From: a virus
Lineage: Duplodnaviria; Heunggongvirae; Uroviricota; Caudoviricetes
Strand: one strand, 5' to 3'
DNA length: 33,721 bases
Virus record (IMG/VR): IMGVR_UViG_2671180439_000005
Part shown: one piece after another, positions 1 through 8,587 of the stretch
Layout: each line of letters opens with the position of its first letter
Numbering within the stretch: position 1 is the stretch's first letter
Translations under genes and position numbers: made by a program
The notes under the pieces: generated by a model
Database searches by the model: none
The model's input: only the letters and a program-made list of their open reading frames with translations
Told to the model about the DNA's origin: nothing

Positions 1-219
1 TTACATCCACATAATTTGCTGCCCTGACGGCAACGGGTGCGGCCTCACGGCGTGGACTTCTCCCGGCTTCACGATGTATCTCTGTACCGACTCATAAGTG
101 ATGAACGTGGCGCTGCAATTCACGTTCTGGCACTGGTGATAACGCTCTTTTGTCGTGTCAGTGATATAGCGGCTTGTACGCGCATGTGCGGCATGCTGGC
201 ATAAAGGACAATGAAACAT
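1..219 (-). CDS. ogr: Ogr, zinc-finger late-gene transcription activator (72 aa)
   Basis: Track ORF 1..282; internal ATG at 217-219 gives MFHCPLCQHAAHARTSRYITDTTKERYHQCQNVNCSATF..., which matches P2 Ogr as I recall it (Cys4 finger CPLC...CQNVNC). Confidence 0.85.
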   Translation of the reverse strand: MFHCPLCQHAAHARTSRYITDTTKERYHQCQNVNCSATFITYESVQRYIVKPGEVHAVRPHPLPSGQQIMWM

Positions 220-300
220 CGCGAGCACCTCTTCCGGTTTTGTTGATGGTGCCATTTTAGTTAATTTATCCTTATAAAACAAATAGATAAAATAAAAACA

Positions 301-1464
301 TCACTCATCATCTTCTGTTTCGTACTCCACATCAGAAAGCCTGACCTCAAGCTCCAAGGACGTCGTGAAGCCGCTATTATTCAGAAAATGTGTCACCTTA
401 GTGATTGTCCAGTCCTGCTCGTCTATGACGCGCTTAAAGCCTGACACTTTAACCGGTGTTTCCGTGTAAATATCTGCCCGACCGGTAGCCAGGCTGATGG
501 AGAACTCCGCAACGCCCCGTTGCAGTTTATCCCACTTCGCCTGAGCGGCGCGCATGGCCTGCGCTTTCGTGGCATATACCGTGGTCAGGGCAAAAACATT
601 GTCAGCCTCACCGGCCATATATTCACCTTCGCGCGCTTCCGGTACTTTTGGCGCTTTCTTCTGCCTGACCGGTTTCGCTTTTGGGTGCTCCAGTGCGCGC
701 AGGTGTTTTTCTTTCTTTTTGCGTTTCAGTTTTACCTTCTGCTTTTGCGGCTTCGGGTCTTTGGTGTGAAGCCACTTTGCCGTTACGCCGGTATAGGCTC
801 CACGGTCAGCAATCGCAAAATGATGACGGTCGCCGTCGCTGCGGGTGATGGTAATCTGCGGGATTTTTTTACCGCTGGCCGTCACCCCCTGCCCCGCTTT
901 GAGAAACAACAGTTTTCCCATTTTTACCGACACCTCACCGCCGTTGCGTTCTGCAAGACGGGTCAGGAATTTCGCATCAGACTCCTGCGACTGGTCGATG
1001 TGCGGGATTTTAATTCCGGCCAGTGACGGAGCGACACTGGCTTCCAGCTTGTTACGGGAGGCTATCGCCTCAACAATCGCACCGAGCGTGGTGTCATGCC
1101 AGGAGCCTTCACGGCGGGAATTGAGCGTCCCGCGGAAATCTGCACTCCGGGCGCGGATGGTAACCACATCCGGCGCGCCCCGGTGTTCAACCTCATCAAC
1201 GGTGAATTTCCCTTTGCATACCAGGGCAAAACCTTTCCAGCCGATATACACCGTCAGGACAGCGCCACGAATCGGTAGCCCGACCTGCCCGTCGGCGTCG
1301 TTCAGTTCAATATCAAGCTGGTCAGCCTCAAAGCCCCGGTTATCCGTCAGGGTCATGCTCATCAGACGGTCGCTGATATTGCCGGTAATATCCCTGCTGT
1401 CGAGCATCAGCATGTAATCCGGCGTCAGCGTACTGCCTGCATCAAATGTCAGCGCATCCAGCAT
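301..1464 (-). CDS. D: Tail protein gpD (387 aa)
   Basis: Track ORF; sequence recognisable as P2 gpD including the lysine-rich KPQKQKVKLKRKKKEK segment; start overlaps U stop (TAATG). Confidence 0.85.
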   Translation of the reverse strand: MLDALTFDAGSTLTPDYMLMLDSRDITGNISDRLMSMTLTDNRGFEADQLDIELNDADGQVGLPIRGAVLTVYIGWKGFALVCKGKFTVDEVEHRGAPDVVTIRARSADFRGTLNSRREGSWHDTTLGAIVEAIASRNKLEASVAPSLAGIKIPHIDQSQESDAKFLTRLAERNGGEVSVKMGKLLFLKAGQGVTASGKKIPQITITRSDGDRHHFAIADRGAYTGVTAKWLHTKDPKPQKQKVKLKRKKKEKHLRALEHPKAKPVRQKKAPKVPEAREGEYMAGEADNVFALTTVYATKAQAMRAAQAKWDKLQRGVAEFSISLATGRADIYTETPVKVSGFKRVIDEQDWTITKVTHFLNNSGFTTSLELEVRLSDVEYETEDDE

Positions 1465-1943
1465 TATCCCGCCTCCGTCATACCCGTGAATTTAGTCGCC
1501 ATACTGCCAGCCTTACCGATGAGCGATTCCGCCTGTTTACCGATATCGCCATAAAGCGCGGCCAGTGATTCATCAACGCGGGTGAGCGACAGCGTAAAAT
1601 CAATTTTTCGGGGTGTGCCGTCTGCAAAGAAAATACTCCCTGTTTCACTCACCTTACTGATGACATACATGCCGTAAATCATGCCGGTGCCATCCAGCAA
1701 CGGCCACGCCCGACCTTCCTCTGCCATCAGCCTGAGCGTGGTCATCGTCAGCTTGCCGCCGGTCAGTTCGGGATAAAGCACACCGGCCAGCGTGATGTTT
1801 TCCTCACCCACACCGAGAAACTGAAAGGCATCCCGTTTGCCGATACGGGAATTTGACGGCCAGCGATAATCTGATTCACGCTGCATGGTCTGGTGTGGCA
1901 GCGTCTGGCGCATAAAAACAAACATACCTAACGCGAGCATCAT
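1464..1943 (-). CDS. U: Tail protein gpU (159 aa)
   Basis: Track ORF; near-identical to P2 gpU as recalled (MMLALGMFVFMRQTLPHQTMQRESDYRWPSNSRIGKRDAFQFLGVGEE...). Confidence 0.85.
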   Translation of the reverse strand: MMLALGMFVFMRQTLPHQTMQRESDYRWPSNSRIGKRDAFQFLGVGEENITLAGVLYPELTGGKLTMTTLRLMAEEGRAWPLLDGTGMIYGMYVISKVSETGSIFFADGTPRKIDFTLSLTRVDESLAALYGDIGKQAESLIGKAGSMATKFTGMTEAG

Positions 1944-1957
1944 TTTTCGTCACCTCC

Positions 1958-4405
1958 TTAACCGTCATGCATCATGCTGGCACGGGCGCGCGCACGTTTA
2001 TCCCGCTCGTATTTTTCGAGCGCATCCTGTAACTGGCGGTCGAGCTGTGTCCCCGGCGCAGTACCACCCGTCAGGCTGATGTGATATTCGTTTTTACTCT
2101 GGTCCACATAAGAGCGGCCAGCCGGTGCCGTGACCGGCTGATAAGCCTGATAGCCTGCATAAGAGCTGGTCGCCGGAATATAACCACCGCTGCCATACGT
2201 GGCGGCTTGAGTTCTGGCGGCGGTCTGGTCAAGTGTGTCTGACTCTTTGTTGATAACACCGAGTTTTTCCAGTACCCAGTCAATACCGCTGCGCAGTTTG
2301 TTGAACGCATTAAGCGGCAGCATCAGCGCGTCAGCCAGTGCCTGCCCGAACATGACCCCCGTGTCACGGCAACTGTTCAGGGTGTCCTGAGTGGCTTTGA
2401 CCGGGGCAATCAGGTTTTTAAACCACTGCCACGCGGCCTGTAACTTTTCGCCCAGCCAGTCGAACACCGGCTTAAGTGGCGTGAACAGTTCCCCCACCGG
2501 CGCAAATGCCGCTTTCAGCCCTTCCACCACACCGCCAAAGAATGCGCTGACAGGCTCCCAGTATTTACGGATAAGCAACGCCCCGGCGACAATGGCGGCC
2601 ACCACGGCCACAACCGGCCAGCTAATCGCCCCGATGGCGGTCATAACAGCACTGCCAACCGTCGTGAAGACTGCCCCCATTGCGCCTGCTGCCGCGATGA
2701 TGGCATTGATGCCAGTGATAACCGGCCAGGCTACAAGACCAATGGCACCGATGATGCCAATAAGCGCCAGCGCGCCACCGACAATGAGGCCGATGGTTGA
2801 CGCCAGTGATTTGTTTTTCTGGATCCAGCCGTCGAGTTTTAACACATACTTTGTGGCCGTCTGCGTGAGCTTACGCAGTGCGCCTTCCTGCTGGTCAAAC
2901 AGGTCTGTCCCCACCGCCTCATAAGCGGACTGAAACTCCTTAAAGTCACCGCCGAGGTTGTCCTGCATGATATTTACCAGCTCGGCAGTCTTCCCGTCTG
3001 AGGCTTTAAACGCAGCGGTCAGTTTGTCCAGCTTTCCGGTTGAGGCGGCAGTCATCAGCACGGCGGCGGCTGAGCTGGCCTCCTCCCCGAAAATAGTTTT
3101 CATGTATTCAGCCTGCTGGGCAGTACCGAGCCGGTTTTTCTCAAAACTGGCCTGCATTTCTTTCAGAATGGTAAATATTGGCCGGGTGTTTCCCTTGCTG
3201 TCTGAGGTTTTCACGCCAAGCTCTTTGAGTGCATCCCATGCTTTTCCCGTCGGTGCCTGCAGGCGGCTTAACACGGCACGGCTTCCCGTCCCCGCCATTG
3301 AGCCTGTGATTTTTGCATCATGCAGCGCCCCGACCATTGCGGCGGTTTCTTCAATGCTGACACCGGCATTTTTTGCCACAGGTGCGGCATAGGTCAGCGC
3401 ATCGCTCATGCCGTCAAAATCGGCGGCGGTTTTGTTCATCGTCATGGAGAGAACATCCCCGATATGAGCGACCTTATCGTTTGAAAGCTGAAAGGCGGAT
3501 TTCATCCCCATCAGCAGGGCGGCGTTTTCTTCCATCGTGCGGCGGTTCGCCAGCGCCATATTCAGCGTGACCGGCGTTGCCGCCTGAATGGCATCAACAT
3601 CCCCACCCGCTTTCGCGATGATTATCTGTGCACCGGCCGCATCATCCGCCGAGGCGGCGGTATTGTCGCCGAGCTGGCGCGCCTGTTTGCGTAGTACGGT
3701 CATTTCGGCGGAGTCTTTTGCCACTCCGAGCACGGCCTGCAATTCTGAGTTTTTCTGCGCAAACTCATAACCGGGCATCAGCAGCTTAACTCCGGCCATC
3801 GTTCCCGCCGCCGCAATCCCCACACCGGCAGCGCCCACTGAGGCCATATTTCCGGCCAGTTCCTTGCCGGCCTGATAACGCTGTTTGACTGCGTTAAGTT
3901 TTGCCTGTTGTGCACTGACACGCGCCAGTGCATCGCGCTGACGGTTAAGCTGTGCGGTGGTTTCACTGATACGGTTTTTCAGCCCCTGCTCATCATGTGC
4001 AAGATTGCGGGTATTAATTCCCACAGCGGCCAGTTCCCGCTGCTGGCGCTTAACGGAATCCGTCAGGCGGTTATATTTCGCCTGTAAGTCCTCCGCCGCA
4101 CGCTTCGCGGATTCCAGCACTTTCGCCTGAGCACGTGTCGGACGTTCAGTGTTTTTAAACTGTGTGGCAAGGGCTTCGGCCTCCTGCCGTGCCTTTTCAA
4201 GTGCATGACCAGTCACGGCGAGCTGTGCGCTGGTCTTGCGAAATCCCTCAATACGGGATGCGTGACCGTTCAGCTCGCGCAGTGATTTTTGTGTTTCCCG
4301 GATATCCCCCGACAGCGACTTGCTCGCTGTGCGGATGGATTTAAACGGGCGGGATGCCTGGTCAACAGCCCTGAGCAATACCTGTAATTTTACATTGTTA
4401 CTCAT
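1958..4405 (-). CDS. T: Tail tape measure protein gpT (815 aa)
   Basis: Track ORF; long coiled-coil N-terminal half, Gly/Ala-rich hydrophobic centre; position between E/E' and U as in P2. Confidence 0.85.
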   Translation of the reverse strand: MSNNVKLQVLLRAVDQASRPFKSIRTASKSLSGDIRETQKSLRELNGHASRIEGFRKTSAQLAVTGHALEKARQEAEALATQFKNTERPTRAQAKVLESAKRAAEDLQAKYNRLTDSVKRQQRELAAVGINTRNLAHDEQGLKNRISETTAQLNRQRDALARVSAQQAKLNAVKQRYQAGKELAGNMASVGAAGVGIAAAGTMAGVKLLMPGYEFAQKNSELQAVLGVAKDSAEMTVLRKQARQLGDNTAASADDAAGAQIIIAKAGGDVDAIQAATPVTLNMALANRRTMEENAALLMGMKSAFQLSNDKVAHIGDVLSMTMNKTAADFDGMSDALTYAAPVAKNAGVSIEETAAMVGALHDAKITGSMAGTGSRAVLSRLQAPTGKAWDALKELGVKTSDSKGNTRPIFTILKEMQASFEKNRLGTAQQAEYMKTIFGEEASSAAAVLMTAASTGKLDKLTAAFKASDGKTAELVNIMQDNLGGDFKEFQSAYEAVGTDLFDQQEGALRKLTQTATKYVLKLDGWIQKNKSLASTIGLIVGGALALIGIIGAIGLVAWPVITGINAIIAAAGAMGAVFTTVGSAVMTAIGAISWPVVAVVAAIVAGALLIRKYWEPVSAFFGGVVEGLKAAFAPVGELFTPLKPVFDWLGEKLQAAWQWFKNLIAPVKATQDTLNSCRDTGVMFGQALADALMLPLNAFNKLRSGIDWVLEKLGVINKESDTLDQTAARTQAATYGSGGYIPATSSYAGYQAYQPVTAPAGRSYVDQSKNEYHISLTGGTAPGTQLDRQLQDALEKYERDKRARARASMMHDG

Positions 4406-4825
4406 TCGTGTTTCCGCTTCGCCGGAGCGCCTTTTCGCGCCATGTGATAAGTTCGGTCAGGCTCATGGGATACAGTTCTGATGGCGGCCAGTGAAATATC
4501 ACTGCCACATCCGCCATCAGGTCATCGACCGAGAGATTTTTCGGAAACGTCACTGCACCGAGTTCGGCGACAAAAAACCGACCACCTTACCGGCCAGCGC
4601 CACAAGGTCAGGCAGTTCCAGCGCGGCGACCTCCTGCTCGGTCAGCATCGGTGCCGTCATGCGCGGCAGCACTTTAATCAGTGCATCGACTTCGGAGTTT
4701 GCGACCGCAGCCAGACTGACACCGCGCAGCGTCCCGGCATTGGGTTTCATCAGCGTGACCTGTTCGATAACCTGCTCACCACGCTTGACCGGATTGTCCA
4801 GGGTAATCACATTTTCTTTGTTCAT
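4398..4825 (-). CDS. E+E': Tail assembly chaperone E+E' made by programmed -1 ribosomal frameshift (about 142 aa)
   Basis: Slippery T_TTT_TTG on the minus strand (plus 4571-4577) in the GFL codons of E; -1 frame continues FVAELGAVTFPKNLSVDDLMADVAVIFHWPPSELYPMSLTELITWREKALRRSGNTNE to TAA at 4398-4400, overlapping the T start at 4405; same architecture as P2 E/E+E'. Confidence 0.7.
4550..4825 (-). CDS. E: Tail assembly chaperone gpE (91 aa)
   Basis: Track ORF; matches P2 gpE; contains slippery heptamer near its 3' end. Confidence 0.8.
   Translation of the reverse strand: MNKENVITLDNPVKRGEQVIEQVTLMKPNAGTLRGVSLAAVANSEVDALIKVLPRMTAPMLTEQEVAALELPDLVALAGKVVGFLSPNSVQ
4571..4577 (-). promoter_or_regulatory. 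-1 frameshift slippery site for E+E'
   Basis: Plus-strand caaaaaa = minus-strand TTTTTTG in the X_XXY_YYZ register of the E reading frame. Confidence 0.65.
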
Positions 4826-4881
4826 GGTTTTCTCACTTCTGAATCAGGGTTAACCGGTCAGCCTGGCTGACCGGATGAAAA

Positions 4882-5400
4882 TCACAGGCCGATATTGCGG
4901 CGGTGTTGCTCCAGCCGGTCGGCGCCGTTCACCTTCTCAATCATGTTGATGGTGTCGATTTCGACCAGCTCCTTACCGTCCATCGTCAGCCGGAAATAGG
5001 TGCAGACCACGGAAATTTTCGACTCGGTGTCTTCTCCCTGTTTACCCTCGCCGGTGTCGATTTCTTTCTGACGTCCACGCATGACCACCTCGACGGCTAC
5101 CGTTTCGCCGGTATCGTCGCGCTGGTAAGAGCCTGCAAAACGAATCGGCACAGCATCCACACCGGTTGCGGCGTAAAGCTCCCAGATAACCGAATCCGGG
5201 AAGCCCCCGAGCGACCACTCCATTGACAGCGCATCGTCATCAAGGCCGAGGTCTACCGGTGCGCTTCCGTTCATCCCCGCACCGCGATAGTTTTCGAGTT
5301 TACGGGTCAGTTTTGGCAGCGTGACGGACTTTGCAACGCCCTGATAGCTGTAGCCGTTCAGAAAGACGTTCATTAACTTGAGTTTGCGCGGCATTGCCAT
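4882..5400 (-). CDS. FII: Tail tube protein gpFII (172 aa)
   Basis: Track ORF; sequence recognisable as P2 FII; same length as P2. Confidence 0.85.
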   Translation of the reverse strand: MAMPRKLKLMNVFLNGYSYQGVAKSVTLPKLTRKLENYRGAGMNGSAPVDLGLDDDALSMEWSLGGFPDSVIWELYAATGVDAVPIRFAGSYQRDDTGETVAVEVVMRGRQKEIDTGEGKQGEDTESKISVVCTYFRLTMDGKELVEIDTINMIEKVNGADRLEQHRRNIGL

Positions 5401-5412
5401 CGGTCAGGCTCC

Positions 5413-6603
5413 TTAATTGCTGTTAACCGAAGTGACCAGATTTGCCAGGTATTTATCGGTAATACGCTGGCGCAGGGTCAGGTTTTCGAGAGGAGGCACC
5501 GGTGTATAGTCGTAGTCGATATACAGTTTTCCGGCCTTGAGGGTTTCCGCATCATTGGATTCTTCGCTGAACCAGCAGGTCGCATCCACGATATAGCCGT
5601 TTGTTTTCAGCTCACGGAATTTGGCATTGATGCCGTCAACGATGTCGCGAATCAGCGTTGCGGTGATGGGCTTGTCCACCGCCCACATGTGCGCCTCAGC
5701 CATCGTGTCGGCCAGCACCTGCGCGGTGCGGGTGTAGTTTTCAAAGAGGAACAGCGGGTCATCAGAGCAGGTACGGTTACCCCAGAAGCGGAAACCGTCG
5801 CGGCGAATCAGCGTTGTGACGCCTGACTCGTTAAGCAGGTCAGCATCGGTGCCGGACTCCTGCAAATCCCAGAATACAGAGGCGCTGATGCCGGTAACAC
5901 CGTTCACCCCGACGTTGGACAGCGTTTTATGCCAGCCCTGCTCCTGGTCGATTTTAGCGCGCAGACCCAGCGCACGGGCGGTGGCATACGCGGTGGCGGT
6001 GGTACTGGTGACCGTATCCCATGCGAGGAAATCCGGCCAGATGACCATCAGCTCACGCTGGCTGAAATTCTGGCGGTAGGCTTTCACCTCGGAAATGGTC
6101 TTACATCCCCATGCGCTGATATACCCGAAAGCACGCAGCTTCTGACAGACTGATGCCAGTGCAACAGCCACCTCTTTGGTATCCAGTCCCGGCACGCCGA
6201 GAATACGCGGTTTTACACCGGTTACCGACTCCGCCGCCAGCAGGGCTTTCAGTCCGGTGTACTGACCGTTTTCGTCGGTGGTGCCGATGATATTGGAAAC
6301 GGTCTGCGCGAGTTTCGTTTCTTCGTCTTCGCCGGTGCCGTCTTCCACACGCACGACAACGGTGACCGGTTTTGACTGGTCGGCGATGGCCTGTAACGAT
6401 GCCGCCAGCGTGCCTTTTTTACCGGCCTTCGCAATTGCGCTCTGCACATTGGTAATCAGCACCGGTTTATTGAGGGGGAAGGTTTCCGCATCTGCATCGC
6501 TGGCCGTGCAGACCATGCCGACAATGGCCGTGGATACGGTGGAAATGACGCGGGTGCCGTCGTTAATCTCCAGCACCTGCACGCCATGATGATAGTCACT
6601 CAT
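5413..6603 (-). CDS. FI: Contractile tail sheath protein gpFI (396 aa)
   Basis: Track ORF; sequence recognisable as P2 FI; same length as P2. Confidence 0.85.
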   Translation of the reverse strand: MSDYHHGVQVLEINDGTRVISTVSTAIVGMVCTASDADAETFPLNKPVLITNVQSAIAKAGKKGTLAASLQAIADQSKPVTVVVRVEDGTGEDEETKLAQTVSNIIGTTDENGQYTGLKALLAAESVTGVKPRILGVPGLDTKEVAVALASVCQKLRAFGYISAWGCKTISEVKAYRQNFSQRELMVIWPDFLAWDTVTSTTATAYATARALGLRAKIDQEQGWHKTLSNVGVNGVTGISASVFWDLQESGTDADLLNESGVTTLIRRDGFRFWGNRTCSDDPLFLFENYTRTAQVLADTMAEAHMWAVDKPITATLIRDIVDGINAKFRELKTNGYIVDATCWFSEESNDAETLKAGKLYIDYDYTPVPPLENLTLRQRITDKYLANLVTSVNSN

Positions 6604-6863
6604 CCGTTTAACTCCGTGGTTAATGGGTGCAACTATTTTCTGTTGGGCAGTGCATGAGACGCTATTTGACCTGGCTGGTCAGTGGATGAAACAACAGATA
6701 AAGAAAAGGCGGGCAATCAGCTTGCCTGCCTTGATTTGTACTCTCTCTGTTTCCAACTGACAAATTACGTAACCAAAATTCTGTCAAATCTGACAGCCTG
6801 TTTTGAGCGAAGAGCGGACCTGAGATTGTGGTATGCTAATTTATGGGGAGCAGGTCAATTGTA

Positions 6864-7556
6864 TTAGTTATCTTTTTGCTTTTCTTTATCCCATTTCTTT
6901 GCAGTGGTCTGATACCACTCTTCACGTGCTCGTTGTTCCTCGGCTCTGTCACTTGAATTATAGTTGTCTGTTTTAATTTTTTTGCTTCCCTGGGAAATCG
7001 GCCTCCAGTCTTCTCTAATCTTTTTCATCTGCTCAGCTATCTGTGTCATTGGACTCCTTGCACCTAAGTAGCTAACCCCCTCGAAAGAAGCCATATCATA
7101 AGAATACTCATTCCGCTCTCTTTCAGTTGAGCCCGGCTGTTTAGACCAGCTAATACTAACAGAATAAACTTGATCTTTAATCTGGTCATACTTACAAAGA
7201 CTGCTGTTAAGGGAATGGCCGTTTTTCAATACGCTAACCTTGCTAAATGGTATACCTTCATTTTTTCTATGTTCTGCATTAACCAGTGGGGGATTAAATC
7301 CGACTTCAATATCATAGGCTGGGGCATTTCCGGTATTAGCAATATTGATATCAAAATAAAAAGCAGCCCAAGAATTTGGTTCAAGAGTCACAACGACATG
7401 AGGTTGAACTGATGCGTCAACCATCCTTTTTGTCTCGTCTGCTAATAGCCTTGTTACTCTCCACAAGAAAAATGTAGCAACTGCTGTTAGCAATGCTGCC
7501 AAAGCTGAGATAAGTGTACTTACTGTGTTTATATGCTCTGCGATAAATTCGATCAT
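6864..7556 (-). CDS. Hypothetical protein, 230 aa, single N-terminal TM anchor, Lys/Glu-rich C-terminus (cargo)
   Basis: Track ORF with ATG start and AGGA RBS 6 nt upstream; hydrophobic segment INTVSTLISALAALLTAVATFFLW; AT-rich; no P2 counterpart known to me. Confidence 0.55.
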   Translation of the reverse strand: MIEFIAEHINTVSTLISALAALLTAVATFFLWRVTRLLADETKRMVDASVQPHVVVTLEPNSWAAFYFDINIANTGNAPAYDIEVGFNPPLVNAEHRKNEGIPFSKVSVLKNGHSLNSSLCKYDQIKDQVYSVSISWSKQPGSTERERNEYSYDMASFEGVSYLGARSPMTQIAEQMKKIREDWRPISQGSKKIKTDNYNSSDRAEEQRAREEWYQTTAKKWDKEKQKDN

Positions 7557-8047
7557 AAGTTGTCCTTGGGGGCGTACTAATTGTTTTCAATACTAAAATA
7601 ACGCCGGGCTTGAAAAATTGCACACTTATGGTTCGATTTACCTCAACAGTTAAGGCTTCAACTTCCCCCATGCACCTCACCCAGCCCAAGACTGTATGAG
7701 GTCTGACAAAGAACTTCCTGACACTTGAAAACGAGGCAACGGCTAGGGTTTCTCGTAGGGCAAGGATTGAATACGAAGCCTGTATATTGCTCCGCGAACG
7801 CTGCTGAGGGCAGTTTAAATGTTGGGCGTTTATGTAGCCTTTCACTCACCAGCATGAGTTCAATGTCTGTGAGTTACCGACAACAATATAAAGGGGGTGA
7901 CATCATCATATATCCAAGCTAGAGTCAAATCCTATAACTGGTTTTATGATCAGTGTCAATTGTTTGATTATTGAACGTTTACGAAGCAGCACGGGAGCCA
8001 TATAACTAATGGGCAGGTATAAGCCTGTATCACGAGGAATCAGTAAA

Positions 8048-8227
8048 ATGGCTGATGATAAGACCAAAATCGGTACCCCTGACAATGATTTAATAAGTAT
8101 CAAACAGGATTACGAGAGACGTGATTGGGCTGAAAAGTTTGGAGTTAGCGAGGCCAAACTTGTTCAAGCCGTACAGGCTGTAGGTCATTCGGCTAAGAAA
8201 GTACAGGCATGGCTTAAAGACCATTAA
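8048..8227 (+). CDS. DUF3606-like small protein (59 aa from MADDK; track ORF begins at 8009) (cargo)
   Basis: Pattern MADDKTKIG..DYERRDWAEKFGVSEAKLVQAVQAVGHSAKKVQAWL resembles DUF3606 members as I recall them; GAGGA 9 nt upstream of ATG 8048; hairpin plus T-run directly downstream. Confidence 0.5.
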   Translation: MADDKTKIGTPDNDLISIKQDYERRDWAEKFGVSEAKLVQAVQAVGHSAKKVQAWLKDH

Positions 8228-8233
8228 TATATG

Positions 8234-8260
8234 AGCGCCTTTCTAGGCGCTTTTTTCTTT
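8234..8260 (+). terminator. Rho-independent terminator or attenuator after the DUF3606 gene
   Basis: agcgcc-tttcta-ggcgct stem-loop followed by ttttttcttt. Confidence 0.55.
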
Positions 8261-8279
8261 GTCCTTTGGGAGATGATTT

Positions 8280-8558
8280 ATGGCTAATAATTTATTTATT
8301 ACTTACGACCTCATTAAAACGAAAGATTATGCGGCTGTGTATGATGCAATTAAATCTTTAGGAAATTGGGCTTTAACAACTGAATCGAACTGGTATGTTA
8401 ACTGTAGTTACTCTGCCGAGGATGCAGCCAAAATTGTGAGGGCGGTCATGGATAGTGATGATAAGCTTATTGTTGTAGACGCAACCAATAACTCAGCTTA
8501 TTGGTACAATCTCTCAGATGAAGTTAGTAACCAAATTCTGACTGAGTGGAACAAGTAA
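8280..8558 (+). CDS. Hypothetical protein, 92 aa (cargo)
   Basis: Track ORF with ATG and GGGAG RBS 7 nt upstream; followed by a strong GC-stem terminator; no family recognised. Confidence 0.5.
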   Translation: MANNLFITYDLIKTKDYAAVYDAIKSLGNWALTTESNWYVNCSYSAEDAAKIVRAVMDSDDKLIVVDATNNSAYWYNLSDEVSNQILTEWNK

Positions 8559-8587
8559 TTAAAGGGGGTGGGTACCCCCCTTTAATT
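8557..8587. terminator. Bidirectional rho-independent terminator between convergent cargo genes
   Basis: aattaaaggggg-tgggtac-ccccctttaatt inverted repeat with U-rich flank on both strands. Confidence 0.6.

Noticed and set aside
520-1417. Plus-strand ORFs inside gene D (520..1026, 554..769, 845..1417, 1096..1278)
   Set aside because: Antisense ORFs within a well-supported, GC-rich P2 tail gene; low-complexity Arg/Ser/Phe-rich translations; no RBS context.
2391-4344. Plus-strand ORFs inside the tape measure gene T (2391..2924, 2958..3392, 3373..3570 and others)
   Set aside because: Antisense to a confidently assigned 815-aa gene; typical GC-rich shadow ORFs.
7417-7922. ORFs 7417..7845 (-), 7658..7855 (-) and 7725..7922 (+) in the spacer upstream of the 230-aa gene
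   Set aside because: They overlap the start of the 230-aa gene or each other, have no convincing RBS, and give low-complexity translations. More likely a promoter/leader region, though a small RNA or micro-protein is not excluded.
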